From Octopus sinensis (Eukaryota), in NCBI RefSeq assembly GCF_006345805.1, contig NC_042998.1, forward strand, positions 126,542,001 through 126,606,000: a DNA stretch of 64,000 bases, written 5' to 3'. The position numbers were made by a program, and so were the translations under genes. Shown piece by piece: positions 35,536 through 52,234 of this stretch (position 1 is its first letter; every line of letters begins with the position of its first letter). Under the pieces are notes generated by a model that made no database searches, was not told the DNA's origin, and saw only the letters and a program-made list of their open reading frames with translations.

Positions 35536-36529
35536 ATGGATATCGATGGATATCACAGTTTTGCAGGAGAATATGCCTCAAATCCACCACCTAAACCGGC
35601 CCATGGCATCATGAGAACAGAGTTTTCAATGCCGGCTCCAAGTACGACACATTACAATGAAGAAGTTCTTGAGGTCAATGACAACATAGTTCTAAGAAGA
35701 AAGTCAAATGACACTAAAAAATTCGTGCATTTCCGTGAATCTCGTGATATCACGTACTATCCAGAATCTTATGAAACAATAGTGGCTTCTAGTACAGGGG
35801 GATTTGACCAATGTGATGTCCAATCGTCTTCAGTTTGTCCGTCTGAACAGAATAATGATATAGGTGATCTAGATATGACTGTTGTATCTGGCTATAGTTC
35901 GGATGGAAGGGCCTTGAGTGGAGGATATAATGATGGTTATCCTCCAAGAATGCCATATAATGATGAAAAGAATCGATTCATGAACCATCCTAGTAGAAAT
36001 GATATGCGAAAGGAAATTGAAAATGCCACTTGTCCAAGCCAACCAGCAGTGCTCAATTCCAAAGTTTCTTATCGACCTCAATATCTTGACTTCCAAGAAG
36101 ATAGCTATTCAATTACCGCTGGTCAAACAACACAACCAAAGCTTAAAATTCGACCGGAAAGCCCCGCGGATTCTTTAGTTAGTAATCTGAAATTATCTGC
36201 TATCGGGCCGGTATATATACTAAACAGGAATACTTTAACAAGATCCTCAGGAACTTTTATTTCTCTAATTGGAAGAGTACCAATTGATGTAAATAAAATG
36301 AAACACCCGTCTAGAGAATGTGTACCAAAACCTGTGATTTTGACCAAAAACATACAAATCTTTCAGAAATCTCTGGCTAATGAAGCTATGGATCAAATAC
36401 AAAATATCCAGAAAGCTTGGACCCAACGCAATGGAGACTATGTCGAAGGGGAAGAAATTAATGGCCATTTCAGTGAATTCCATGTCAATGAGAATTATGG
36501 TGAGCAAACCAACAACTATTATTCTGAAG
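35536..36529 (+). CDS. Large coding exon of an unidentified protein (disordered N-terminus with RVxF-type motif)
   Basis: 352-codon stop-free non-repetitive ORF; donor GAAG|GTAAGG at 36529/36530 (phase 1); no family recognised. Confidence 0.75.
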
Positions 36530-36598
36530 GTAAGGACTTCATATTTTGTGTGTATAATCTTTATGGGGAAGAACATGTTGGGAAATGTTTGTAATAGA

Positions 36599-36788
36599 CA
36601 TACATACATACATACATACATACATACATACATACATACATACATACATACATACATACATGCATGCATGCATACATACTTACATACATATGCTTATACA
36701 TACATATAAATGTATATATATATATGTGTGTGTGTATACATATATATATATAATATATAATATATATATATATAATATATATAATATA

Positions 36789-36883
<95 letters not shown>

Positions 36884-36895
36884 CTATATATATAT
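36599..36895. repeat. (TACA)n/(TA)n compound microsatellite
   Basis: Direct reading. Confidence 0.95.
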
Positions 36896-37167
36896 TATAA
36901 AACCGCGCAGCACGGATTTTTGTCAGTGAACAGGTCGCGGATTTTAGCGACGAAAATATTTTGACAAATTAACTTAAATGTTGAAGTGAATCGAACGGCT
37001 TTTGGTGTGTTTCTTAAATGGCTTATAAACACCTTCCACGCTGCAATTGTTTTCGTTTCAGCACACGATCTCAGATCAAATTACTTGCTATGCGAGTACA
37101 TCTCCGTAATATATATATATATATATATTATATATATTATATATATAGTAATATGTATACACGTCTT

Positions 37168-37245
<78 letters not shown>

Positions 37246-37283
37246 AACACACACACACATACACACATACTTGCGCGCACACA

Positions 37284-37324
<41 letters not shown>

Positions 37325-37599
37325 AGTCAGATGGAAATTTGCTCGTGAATTACTTTCCGAATTCTTTTAAATTAAAATAGCTTTAAATTAAAGTTTATAG
37401 ACCAGTTTGGCAGTTTTGTTTATTGGAAAGCCAGACTATTTTATTCATGCTGTTTACTGCAATTAAACATCATTTCATGAGAAATATTGATTTGAATGTC
37501 AACATTGCCAACAGCTCAGAGAGAGAGAGACAGGATCTGCTTGTTGAATTTGCTCAGCTTTAGGTAGTATTTTTTATTAAATCTAAGATATATTCTTTT

Positions 37600-37816
37600 A
37601 TTCTTTTACTTGTTTCAGTCATTTGACTGCGGCCATGCTAGAATACCGACTTTAGTCGAACAAATCGACTCCAGGACTTATTCTTTTTTGTAAGCCTAGT
37701 ACTTATTCTATCGGTGTGTTTTGGCGAACCGATAAGTTACGGGGACGAAAACACACCAACATCGGTTGTCAAGCGATGGTGGGGGGACAAACACAGACAC
37801 ACAAACACACACACAG

Positions 37817-37848
<32 letters not shown>

Positions 37849-38002
37849 GACGGGCTTCTATCAGTTTCCGTCTGCCAAATCCACCCACAAGGCTTTGGTC
37901 GGTCCGAGGCTATAGTAAAAGAAAATTACCCAAGGTGCCACGCAGTGGAAGTGAACCCGGGACCATGTAGTTGGGGAAGCAAGCTTCTTACCACACAGCA
38001 AC
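37600..38002 (-). mobile_element. Full-length family B tRNA-SINE
   Basis: Minus 5' AGGAGTTGCTGTGTGGTAAG...GGGTTCACTTCC (A/B boxes), internal (CA)n, shared 3' body. Confidence 0.85.
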
Positions 38003-38169
38003 TCCTGATGCGACCGTATGTGATGGCCATGCAATATGGCCATGTTTAATGTATTATAGATGTATGATGTAGCTATGTTTAATATAACTTATATATCAAT
38101 GATTCGATTATAGATGATATAACAATGAATTAGATAGGTGAGCATAACAGTGTGGAGAGTCGGGCATGG

Positions 38170-38343
38170 TTGTGTTCAGGCGCAGGTATAACTGTGTGGT
38201 AAGAAGTTTACTTCGCCATCACCTTGTTTCGGGTTCACTACTTGTGTTATACAATAGCTCCGGGTCAACGAATGCGTTGTGAGTTGATTTGGTAGACGGA
38301 ACAGAAAGAGGTCCGACGTACACACACCCAGCAACCCACATCC

Positions 38344-38345
<2 letters not shown>
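38170..38345 (+). mobile_element. Family B SINE, 5' part
   Basis: CTGTGTGGTAAGAAG...GGGTTCA...GATTTGGTAGACGGAA; head-to-head with the 37600-38002 copy. Confidence 0.7.
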
Positions 38346-38409
<64 letters not shown>

Positions 38410-38432
38410 TAAAAACGGTAAGATAACAAAAG

Positions 38433-38466
<34 letters not shown>

Positions 38467-38472
38467 TATATA

Positions 38473-38500
38473 CTAGACTTACTACCTAGCCTTGCTCGGT
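38473..38500 (-). mobile_element. Helitron-like 3' terminus
   Basis: Minus: CCGAGCAAGGCTAGGTAGTAAGTCTAG|T, similar to 27241-27268. Confidence 0.4.
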
Positions 38501-39142
38501 AAAATTTCACGGAATTGTTTGCCTGTTTGTAGATGGGAATTCATGGTACTTATGCATGTATATATATTTAACCTAGCTTCTGGACTTATTTAATTGGAAC
38601 TATCCAAACAATAGTAATCAATTTATGTGAGTAGAAGTCTTTTTCAAAAATCACCTGTTACTTTTGTTTTAAAGAGAGAGGAGAAAGTGAACTGTGTGAA
38701 CGTGTATATGAAATGGACGTGTGTGTTTGTGTGTGTGTGTGACAGAGACACAGAGTGTGTGTGCCACTTACACATACATGAGAACGCACACGTTCACTCA
38801 CTCACACACACACATACACATGCATACGTACATACAAAAAAGATGTATGCAAATGTATTGGTGTATGTCCGTGTAAATGACAACACACCCCTTCACTCAC
38901 TCTGTCTCTCTTTTTTCTCTCTTTCTCTCTCTCTTTCTCTCTATCTCTCTCTCTCTCTTTCTCTCTCTTTCACACACACACATCCATGTCATATGCATGT
39001 ACGTACATCTTTCACTTTCTGCTTTCTTTCACTTTAAAACAAAAGTAAATAAAAAAAAAATTACGGAAATTAACGAACACCGGATGATGAAATCACATTC
39101 AATTAAAAATATTTCTAAATGATTAAAATCTCGTATACGTCA

Positions 39143-39350
39143 AAGCGGTGAGCTGGCAGAAACGTTAGCACGCCGGATGAAATACTTAGCGGTATTTCGT
39201 TTGTCTTTATGTTCTAAGTTCGAATTCCGTCGAAGTCGACTTTGCCTTTCATCCTTTCAGGGACGATAAATTAAGTACCAGTTGCGTACTGGGGCCGATC
39301 TAATCGACTGGCCAAAAATTTCGGGTCTTGTGTCTAGAGTAGAAAAGATT
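39143..39350 (+). mobile_element. Family A SINE
   Basis: GCGGTGAGCTGGCAGAAACGTTAGCACGCC...AAAATTTCGGGTCTTGTGTC. Confidence 0.85.
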
Positions 39351-40244
39351 GTTGTGTACATCAAAAAGGTTATTTTTCTTAGAGAGCGCGAAGACAATGT
39401 GTGTGTACATATCACAGATAGCGAACGTGAGTTTGTGTTGATTGACACGCCATGACATTCATTATATGTTTGTGTCTTCTGTATATATGTATGTGTGTTG
39501 ACGCCATGGAAGCCATGCATTTTTTCATCAAGAAATAACAAAAAAATTGTTTAATCGCTTAAATAGAGGTTCAAATGTCACAAAAATTTGTACTGTACTG
39601 CCGAAGGTTAGTATAAAAATAAATATGTAAAAAAAAATAAGATAAAATATACTATTTCCGAGATATTTCAATTACGCACAAACATCCCTAGAGTTTTAGT
39701 ATTATCAAGATATATATATATATGTATATAATTAAGAAAGAAATCGAGAAAAAGGGACAACAAAAAAAAACCAACTACAACGGGAGGACGTAGTACATGT
39801 AAAGTATTAATAAGACGCCCAGAGAAGGGAAGAAAGGGTGTTTTACATTTCGAGCAAAGCTCTTCTTCAAAAACAGGTGAGAGAAGTAAGTCCAAGAGAA
39901 AAGGCGGACGGAGGAAAAAAATCGCCCACAGTCCACATGCGGTTACATTTTGGAATGTAACCACATAAACAACACACACACACACACACAACACACACAC
40001 GCGCGCGCATATGTATATGTATGTATGTGTGTGTGTCTTTGTGTTTGTGTCTGTCTCCACACGGCTCGACAAACAACCGATAATAGTTTGTTTACATCTC
40101 TGTAACTTAACGGTTAAAATAAATATCAGACATTTAAGAATAAATACTGAGGCTGATTTGTTCAACTAAAAAAAAAAAAAACTCTTAAAAAGTTATATAT
40201 ATATATATGTAAAATTTTTTGAGTTTTTTCATTCATTAGACTGC

Positions 40245-40625
40245 AGCCATGTTACCATGCTGGGGTACGACATTGGTGAATTTTATTCGAAAGAATCGAT
40301 CTTAGACCTTAAAGTGTTCGGTCGAACATCTCAACGTCAGTTTATTCTATCGGTCACTTTTTGCAGAACTGCTAAGTTACGGGGACATAAACACGCCAAT
40401 ACCGGTTCTGAAGCAGTGGTCAGGGATAAAGAAATAGTCAAACACACACACTTGTATAGCAGGCTTCTTTCAGTTTCCGTCTACTAAATACAATAACAAG
40501 CCATAGGTCAGCCCATAGGTCGGTTAGAGTAGAGGACACTTGCCCAAGGTGCCAAATTGTGGGACTGAACCCAGAACCATATGGGTTGAAGAAGCAAACT
40601 TCTTACCATACAGTCACGTCTGTGC
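40245..40625 (-). mobile_element. Family B SINE
   Basis: GACTGCAGCCATG...GACACTTGCCCAAGGTGCC...GACTGAACCC...TTCTTACCA. Confidence 0.75.
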
Positions 40626-40650
40626 CTATGACTGTCTGTCTATCTATCTG

Positions 40651-40693
<43 letters not shown>

Positions 40694-40705
40694 CTATCTT
40701 CTATA

Positions 40706-40738
<33 letters not shown>

Positions 40739-40739
40739 C

Positions 40740-40807
40740 CTCGGACCGACCAAAGCCTTCTTAGTGGATTTGGTAGCCTGTCGTATACACACACACATGC
40801 GTACGTA

Positions 40808-40848
<41 letters not shown>

Positions 40849-41030
40849 TGTGTGTTTGTGTCTGCGTTTGTCCCTCCACCATCCACTTGACAACTGACGT
40901 TGGTCTGTTTACGTCCCCGTAACTTAGCGGTTCGGCAAAAGAGCCCGATAGCGTAAGTACCGGGCTTACAAAGAATAAGTCCAGGGGTCGATTCTTCGAC
41001 TAAAAGGCGGTGCTCCAGCATGGCCACAGG
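40740..41030 (+). mobile_element. Family B SINE (5'-truncated)
   Basis: GACCAAAGCCTT...AAAAGGCGGTGCTCCAGCATGGCCACAG. Confidence 0.75.
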
Positions 41031-41053
41031 TGGACAGGTGTGTGTGTGTATAT

Positions 41054-41115
<62 letters not shown>

Positions 41116-42629
41116 TTTTCTCTCTCTCAATATATATTACTTTATTTAAAGCAGCAGAAAATTCATGTATAAAGAGAGAAGGAGTGAGTTCACACACACA
41201 TATACAAATACACAGCCAAGCACAGACGCACGTTTGTCAAACGATAAAACATCTCAACTGTTTTGTGTTATATTTTCATTCAAAGATCGTTGGCTGAGTT
41301 AATTATACGAAAGTAGTTTGAGTTGGTGAATTGATAGCGGTGCTGGTAGAGACTACACATGGCGTAGGGTGGTGCTGGCGGTTTTGACGATGATCGTGTC
41401 AAGATGGCGGTTATGTCCTTGCTTGTTTGGTTGAGTGTGCGTGCGTGTGTGTGTGTATGTGTATGTTATGTGTGTGAATGCGTGTGATATGTTTGTGATA
41501 AGCGAATTATTAGCGTTATGGTAATATAGATGATGGTGTCAAGATGTCGGCTATTTGGTTGCCGCTATCAATGTGTTTTTAAGTGTGCGTGTGTGTATGT
41601 GTGTGTGTGTGTGTTCTCGTTTGCGCGAGTGCACGTGCATGTGTGTATGCGTATGTGTGAGCATATATGAGCGTGTATGGTGTGTTTCATAGAGGAGGTT
41701 GCGCACGTGTGCAAATGTGTTGTCAGCGACAGATGATGATATGAAAATGTTGGTTATGCAACTCCTTATGAATAATTCCAGGACAATATCGCTTCAGTAG
41801 ACTTATGGTCAAAGAGTTCGAGCTGTGGTCATCCCATTATATTTTTAGACAATTCATCCAGTACCGTTATCAAAATATTTTTTTTCTAGGATGGCAGGGT
41901 ATAATTTCAGGGAAATTCGATCGCCTTTTCTAGCAGGCGGGGTATCATCTACATAGATGGTCTCTCGCTTGGTGTCTTTAGATCTTTGTTCGTGTGTGTG
42001 TGTGTGTGTGTGTGTGTGAGTGTATGTGTGAGTATGTGTGTGTGGAGTTGGTTGATGATGGTGTCATGATGGTGGTCGCGTATGCAATTGTATGCGTATA
42101 TTTACTTGAATGTCTGTTTGCATATGTTTGCACGCGCACTCGTTTGTGCGTGTGTGTGAGTGTGTGTGTGAGTGTGTGTATGTATGTGTATATGCATGTG
42201 TGCGCGCATGTGTGTGTGTGTATGTGTGTATGTGTGTATGTGTGTGTGTGTGAAAGAGAAAGGGAAAAAGAGGAATGGAGGCTACGTAGTGTGGAAAACA
42301 GCAGTGAATGAAATAGTGTATGAATGAAATAGTAAGTACTGTGTGTGTTTGTATGTGCATGTATGTGTGTGTGTACGTATATATGTGTCTGTACCTGGGT
42401 GTTATGTACGTGTGTCTGTGTATACCTGTGTTTCTAAGCGTGAGTGTTTGCTTGTGTCTGACCCCATGTTTACTTTCACATCACTCAGTAACAGGTGCTG
42501 TTTGTTTCTGTCTAATAACTTAGCGGTTCGACGACTGGTTGTCAATAAAATAAGTACTGGGATCGATAAAAGCAACTAATACTCTTTGGTTTAAGTGAGT
42601 GAAAACCAGCGAAAGAATAAAATAATACG

Positions 42630-45880
<3,251 letters not shown>

Positions 45881-46773
45881 CTTCCTTCCTTCCTGTCTAC
45901 TTGATTGCTTGCATGCATGTCTGTCTCTGTGTATACATGTATTCATATATAGATATACATTTATACACATATATTAGACATACACATATATTACTCATAC
46001 ACATATATCACACACACACACACATACACACGCACACACCACACATATGCCCACACATGCATATGTGTGGTGTGCGTGGTTGTGTATGCACGTGCTTGTG
46101 TTTGTGCATGAAGGTGTATTATATGTATGCGTGTGTGTATGTGTGTGTGTGTGTGCGTACGTGTTTGTGTGCGTGTGTGCGATTGTATGTCTGCGCGCGC
46201 GCATGCGTACCATAAGCGAAAACAGAAGAGCTTCGTACATATTACCTTCGAATATTATTTTTTTTACATCTTTTCATTTTCTGGGTTCAAACCAAACCGA
46301 ATCCATCTCCTGTTATTTCTTCATGGTCAATGAAAAAACAAACAAAAAAAACAAAAACAAACATAAAACAGAAAGCATCAGTTAAAGTCTAGTACTGCAT
46401 TAAAACCATTCATTTACTTCTTCAACAGAGTTTTACTAAAGTGCTAAATGTTATATCATGTTTATTTGATTTACACAATGTGCGCAAATAAAACACCAAT
46501 TTCAGAAACGCGAGTATTTTGGAAATTTAAGGGAAATAACTATCTTTGATATGAAGTGGAGTTAATTACCTTAACGCACGCATTCGTTTTGCCATTTCTT
46601 AGCGTAATAGATTCCTCAACTACAGCGTCTTTTGACTGAGGCAGCGATACAGTTTCAATCCCTGGTTGAAATTATTTCACTTCAATATCTTTTTATCTCT
46701 CAGTCAACCCACGTGCAAAATGAAAATAAATTAATAGAAATAAATGGTGACGACTGAGTTAGAATAGAATATA

Positions 46774-47690
46774 CAAGATACGTTCAAAAAGCATCCGATT
46801 TTATTTTTCCCCGCCAAAACTAATGCCGGGTGGGCAATATCCTTCGGATGGGAGGTGAAGCCACCATTCTTGCTTATGCGTGAAAATTTTCGCGCTGGTC
46901 AGGTCACATCAGTTTCTGGCTGTTATGCCTAGAGTACGGGCGTTGATCGGATTTTTGCTTTCACTCAAGATGATCGAACGCATCGAGCAGGGATCATAAA
47001 CCCACGTCTCATCATCAGTGATGATGGTCTTCATGAAGTTTGGGTCGTGGTTTGTACAATCCGGCATGTCGTGAGCGATTCCCATGCGGAGTTGTTTCTG
47101 CTGCTCTACCAGAACCTTGGGGACGAATTTCGCCGACATTCACCGCATGCACAAATCCTTCGTTGAAATAGAATGCACTGATCCTGTGCTTTTATTCCCA
47201 CTTTGTGAGCAATTTCCTGGATTGTTATTCGACGGTTTTCCATGAGTATTCGCCGAACCCTCTCAATCGGCTTATCGTTTCGGCTTGTGGATGGCTTGTA
47301 TGAGCGTATCTCGCTCTCCACTGAGGTGCGGTCATATTTGAAGCAGTTGTACCACTCCTTGATCCGAGTTTTGCCCATGGTATCATCGCCAAAGGTATGC
47401 TGAATCTTCTGGATGGTTTGAGCCAGAGTATCACGAAGCTTTTGGCAAAACTTGATGCAATATCGAACTCGATGCGTTCGGTCATCTTGCGTGAAAACGA
47501 AAATTCCGACGAGCGCGCACTATACGTCTGTACTCTAGGCGTAACAGCCGGGAACTGACACGGCCTACCGGCGCGAACCTTTTCGAGAATGCGCGAGAAG
47601 GATGGCGTCACCACCCATCTAAAGGATTTTGTTTTCGCAGTATTAGTTTTGGCAGGAAAAAATAGTCTGATACTTTTTGAACGCATCTCA
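46774..47690 (-). mobile_element. Mariner derivative with ~215-bp inverted termini
   Basis: TA on both flanks (46772-46773, 47691-47692); transposase from ATG 47485 (MTERIE...) to IITDDETWVYDP, then an inverted copy of the 5' end. Confidence 0.88.
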
Positions 47691-48044
47691 TACAATGTAT
47701 GAATTTGCGATTTCCGCAGGTTTTTAGTCCCGGAATTACCTTGTACTCTTAAATTTAAACAGATACGATGTAGTGGTACAGTTTAGTGTTGTCAATAATG
47801 GCGAAATTCCATTTAATGTGACGAACTTTTTGTTAATCTGCAATGATGAGTTCAAATCTTTGCTTGAACAAATTAAAGGCAGGGAAATTCTCTATAAGTT
47901 AACTCGTTCAAGGAAAACACATGAAACCGAATTATTTATATGTTACTCTCCCGAATCCCAAGTGTTTGTGAAGTTGACTTCAAAAAATTTAAGAGAGCTG
48001 TTTATGTTTTCTCAATATGTCAAGTGTAAACGAAATTGTTACAG

Positions 48045-48063
48045 TGCAGCAGCTGAGCAGCAG
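48045..48063 (+). other. Candidate short exon (5'-UTR exon end or microexon)
   Basis: ttgttacag|TGCAG|CAG|CTGAGCAGCAG|gtaata: tandem AG acceptors and a good donor in non-repetitive sequence. Confidence 0.3.
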
Positions 48064-48120
48064 GTAATACCGTTGCAATGCTTTGACCATTATGCACTTT
48101 CAATTCCTAGCTTAAAACCA

Positions 48121-48199
<79 letters not shown>

Positions 48200-48200
<1 letters not shown>

Positions 48201-48570
48201 GGAGGGTGCTGTGTGGTAAGAAGTTCGCTTTCCCAATTACATGGTTCTGGGTTCATTCCGTCCCCTGCGTGCGCCTTGGGCAAGTGTCTTCTACTACAAC
48301 CCGGGTCGACCTATGCCTGGTGAGTGGAATTGGGAGCTTGAAACTGAAAGAAACCCATCTTGTATGTATATCTGTGTGCGTGTGTGTGTGTGTATGTGAG
48401 TGTGTCTTTGTGTACCACTTGACAACCGGTGTTGGTTTGTTTACGTCCATGTAAACTGACAGAATAAGCACGAAGCTTAAAAAAGTACTGTGTTCGATTT
48501 GTTCAACTAAGCCCTTCAAGGCGGTGCCCTAGCATGGCCGCAAAGTAATGATTGTGACAAGCAAAAGATA
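48200..48570 (+). mobile_element. Full-length family B tRNA-SINE
   Basis: GCTGTGTGGTAAG (A box), GGGTTCATTCC (B box), TTGGGCAAGTGTCTTCTACTA, 3' CTAGCATGGCCGCA. Confidence 0.85.
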
Positions 48571-49743
48571 AATATATATATACTCCGAGTTTCTCGCTTG
48601 AATAAACACTGCTGCACACATTGAGTACTTTCCTTTTGTTTGTGCACCCACCACTCACTACACATACATACAAACATACATACCCATGAATTTATGCTGT
48701 ATAATTTTTGTTCATCTATGCGAAATATTTAATTAATAAATGAGTGTGAACAATGGTTATGAAGTAGATACTGCTGTGGGCTCTATGTCTATGCGAATTT
48801 AAAAAGAAAAACCTCCATAAAACGAAGACTAGATCCCAATTCATACGACATAGAAAAAATTTCAATTTACTTTTGCCACTAATACTATTTAGAAAAATGG
48901 TATTTCCTGCCTTGAAAATAAGATCTACGGAGTGAATAAAAAAGAGACAACTGTATAGACAAAAATGGATTCATAATACAATTAAGTGGACACTCGGTTA
49001 AAACGATGTCATTTACGTTCCTAATTGGCTTCGGGAATATTATAGACTAAAGTGAAAAGAACGAAACAAAAATAAATACTTCTTACCCTATCTTATACAC
49101 TATCCTCATAAAAACAAAAAAACAAAAAACAAAAACAAAATGAAAAAACAAAACAGAACAACAACAACAAAAAGTGGGAAGGAGTGTCTAAATTTTCTTT
49201 TTCTGCAACTAACCGAAGCAGTGTTGTAAATCTATGAAAGAAACCGAAAACAAAAGATGAAGTAGTCTCTCTCCTTTATTCAAACCGGATTAAGACTGAA
49301 ATTTATCTGAGGACTTTTCTTGCAGAAGTTAGAAAGAAAAAAATTACGAAAAATACAAATAAAAATAAAAAGAAAGAGAAAAAAGGAAGAGAAGTAATAA
49401 AGAAAAACCCATTGGATTTAAGAAAGAAAAAATTGGGTTGGGAGACATATTTGTGTGATAAGTTTCCGAAAACGTTTACAGGGCCAGATTCAGTGCTTCA
49501 AGTTCTTATCTTAAACGGCAAACATCCGTCCCTGGAAGCTGGCTTCTACGAAAGCATCTTATGAATTCAAGTTTCTAACTCTCGTCTCCTCTCATGGAAA
49601 CAGGCGGTAATTTGCGTACGGTTTAGTCCAAAGTGGATTTATTCAAGTTTAACAGGCGCTTCCCAACACGGACACATAACATAACTTTTCTACCTCGTAG
49701 GATAGAGGCATTAGAAGTTTATTTCCAGATCAAAACTCACCAG

Positions 49744-49848
<105 letters not shown>

Positions 49849-50071
49849 CTTACCTACGTAACCGCTCTTGTCTCTCCTCTCCCTTTTATAACGTCCCTAT
49901 ATCTTTTTCTCTCACACGTGCTAACTTCCACCATTACACCGCTTATTGCTACATTCTTACATATCCTTGCATATATTTATATAGATATATACCCATGCCC
50001 TCTCGCGTGTGTCAATTTGCCAGAATTCCGTCATTCATGAAAAATATTTAAAAGTGTTTCTGTGGCAGTTA

Positions 50072-50546
50072 ATGGAAATCGATCATAGGGAAGATCATAT
50101 TGTATTAAAACGAGCAGTCAAAATGAATGCGAACCGTGGAGAGTACAGTGACATCCTAAGGAAGAAAAAAGATAAAGAAACAGATGAAGGCAGTTCGGAT
50201 AGTGATTCCAGTTTAGACTATGGTAAACGTAAAAGTCGCGTATCTTATTTAGGACCAATATTTTTGAACAGAATTAGCAGTGAAATAGGCAACTCTGACG
50301 AACTGAACCGCTTGCGTACGACGGGTTCGCCAACCTTGGAACAGATGGTTATGTGTGAGATACAAAATATTGGTGAGAAGTTAGACATCAAAGTGCATCC
50401 TTGGATTAGCTCCGATAATACTGACAGTGCTGACAACGTCAACAATGCCAACAATAATAATAATAATAATAATAATGACAGTTTTTGTGAGAGTGGTAGC
50501 ACTTCTTCCTGTACCAGCTCTGGATCGAGTCCAACACAGCAAAGAG
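50072..50546 (+). CDS. Second large coding exon of unidentified gene (MEIDHREDH...SSPTQQR)
   Basis: Stop-free non-repetitive frame; acceptor tgtggcag|50069 three nt before ATG; donor AGAG|GTAAAA at 50546/50547 (phase 1); includes an in-frame poly-Asn (AAT)n. Confidence 0.65.
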
Positions 50547-50687
50547 GTAAAAATCAAGAGTTGTTTCTTACATAACTTTTCACTTATTTATGTTCTGTTA
50601 CCTTTTACATGTTCATATTTTCTTTTTTCTTCTCATCTCCTATCTTACGCACGCGTACGTATATATATTATATATATATAGATATAT

Positions 50688-50739
<52 letters not shown>

Positions 50740-50740
50740 G

Positions 50741-50771
<31 letters not shown>

Positions 50772-51105
50772 TATCTATATATATCTATATATATGATATA
50801 TATATATATATATATTACTATATAATATACAACTTCAGCAGTAACGACAAGCATGTTAGGCAAGTCAATATACAAATGTATTAAATACAATTTAATACAA
50901 AAAAAAATGTACTATGAACTCTTATTCAACCGCTTTAATCCCTGATATCATTTTTATTCTGTGTAACTCGGACCTTTTTATATGTAAACATATGTACATT
51001 CTTTGTATTAAATGTATTTAATATATTTTGTATATCGACTCGCCTAAATTGCTTGTCCTTACATTTACTCTTATATATATAGATGTATACTCATAAATAT
51101 CTATA

Positions 51106-51212
<107 letters not shown>

Positions 51213-51529
51213 AAATATAGATAGATAGATAGATGAGTGTGTACATACATACATACATACATACATACATACATACATGCATACATACATACATACATAC
51301 ATACATACATACATACATACATACATACACACATGTGATTAAGACGTTCGCTTTGCAGCCAAATGGTTTTAAATAGAATATATTAGTCCAAGGCTCTTGG
51401 ATAAATGTATTCTACTGTAGTCTCATGTGATGCCTGCAATACGTGTGAGTGTTTGCATGCAATATGTGTGTATGCAGTATGCGTGAGCACGTGTGCATCT
51501 TTGTGCTAGAGTTTCTCTCTCACAGCTTC

Positions 51530-51690
51530 TTGACAGCCCCTGTTGGTTTGTTTACATCCCCCATTACTAGCGGTTCCACAAAAAGAAACAATAGAAAAAA
51601 AACATAAAACTAAGTACTGGAGTCGATCTGATCAACTAAACACTTCACGGCAATACTCCAGCATGGCCGCAGTCCAATGACTGAAACAAG
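51530..51690 (+). mobile_element. Family B SINE, 3' part
   Basis: GTTGGTTTGTTTACATCCCC...CTCCAGCATGGCCGCAGTCCAATGACTGAAACAAG. Confidence 0.75.
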
Positions 51691-52162
51691 TAATTAAAAT
51701 TTACGTACACGCATGCAGGCATAAACATACACACATAGGCACATGCATATATACATGTAATAAGGCCCACATATGCAATACTATCCATGCCTGCGCCTGT
51801 GTGTATATGTGAGTATATATATGTACATGCTTACACACATACATGCATACATTCATACGTACATACATACATACATAAATACATACATACATGCATACAT
51901 ACATACATACATACATACATACATACATACATACATACATACATACATAAACAATTAATGCATCGCTACGCGCGTTTCCACAAATCACACGACTCTTCAG
52001 ATCATGGTCTGTATTCCCGGGATGGTTACAGTGTAGTCTGTAGTATCCGTGGGCATCAACCGGATGCCCACGGATACTACATTCATTTCTTCAGATGATG
52101 TAGCATTAGCGGATGTACCACAGAGGGATGTTTATCCCCTTTTACCAGTATGAAGATCAAGC

Positions 52163-52227
<65 letters not shown>

Positions 52228-52234
52228 ATGATAT

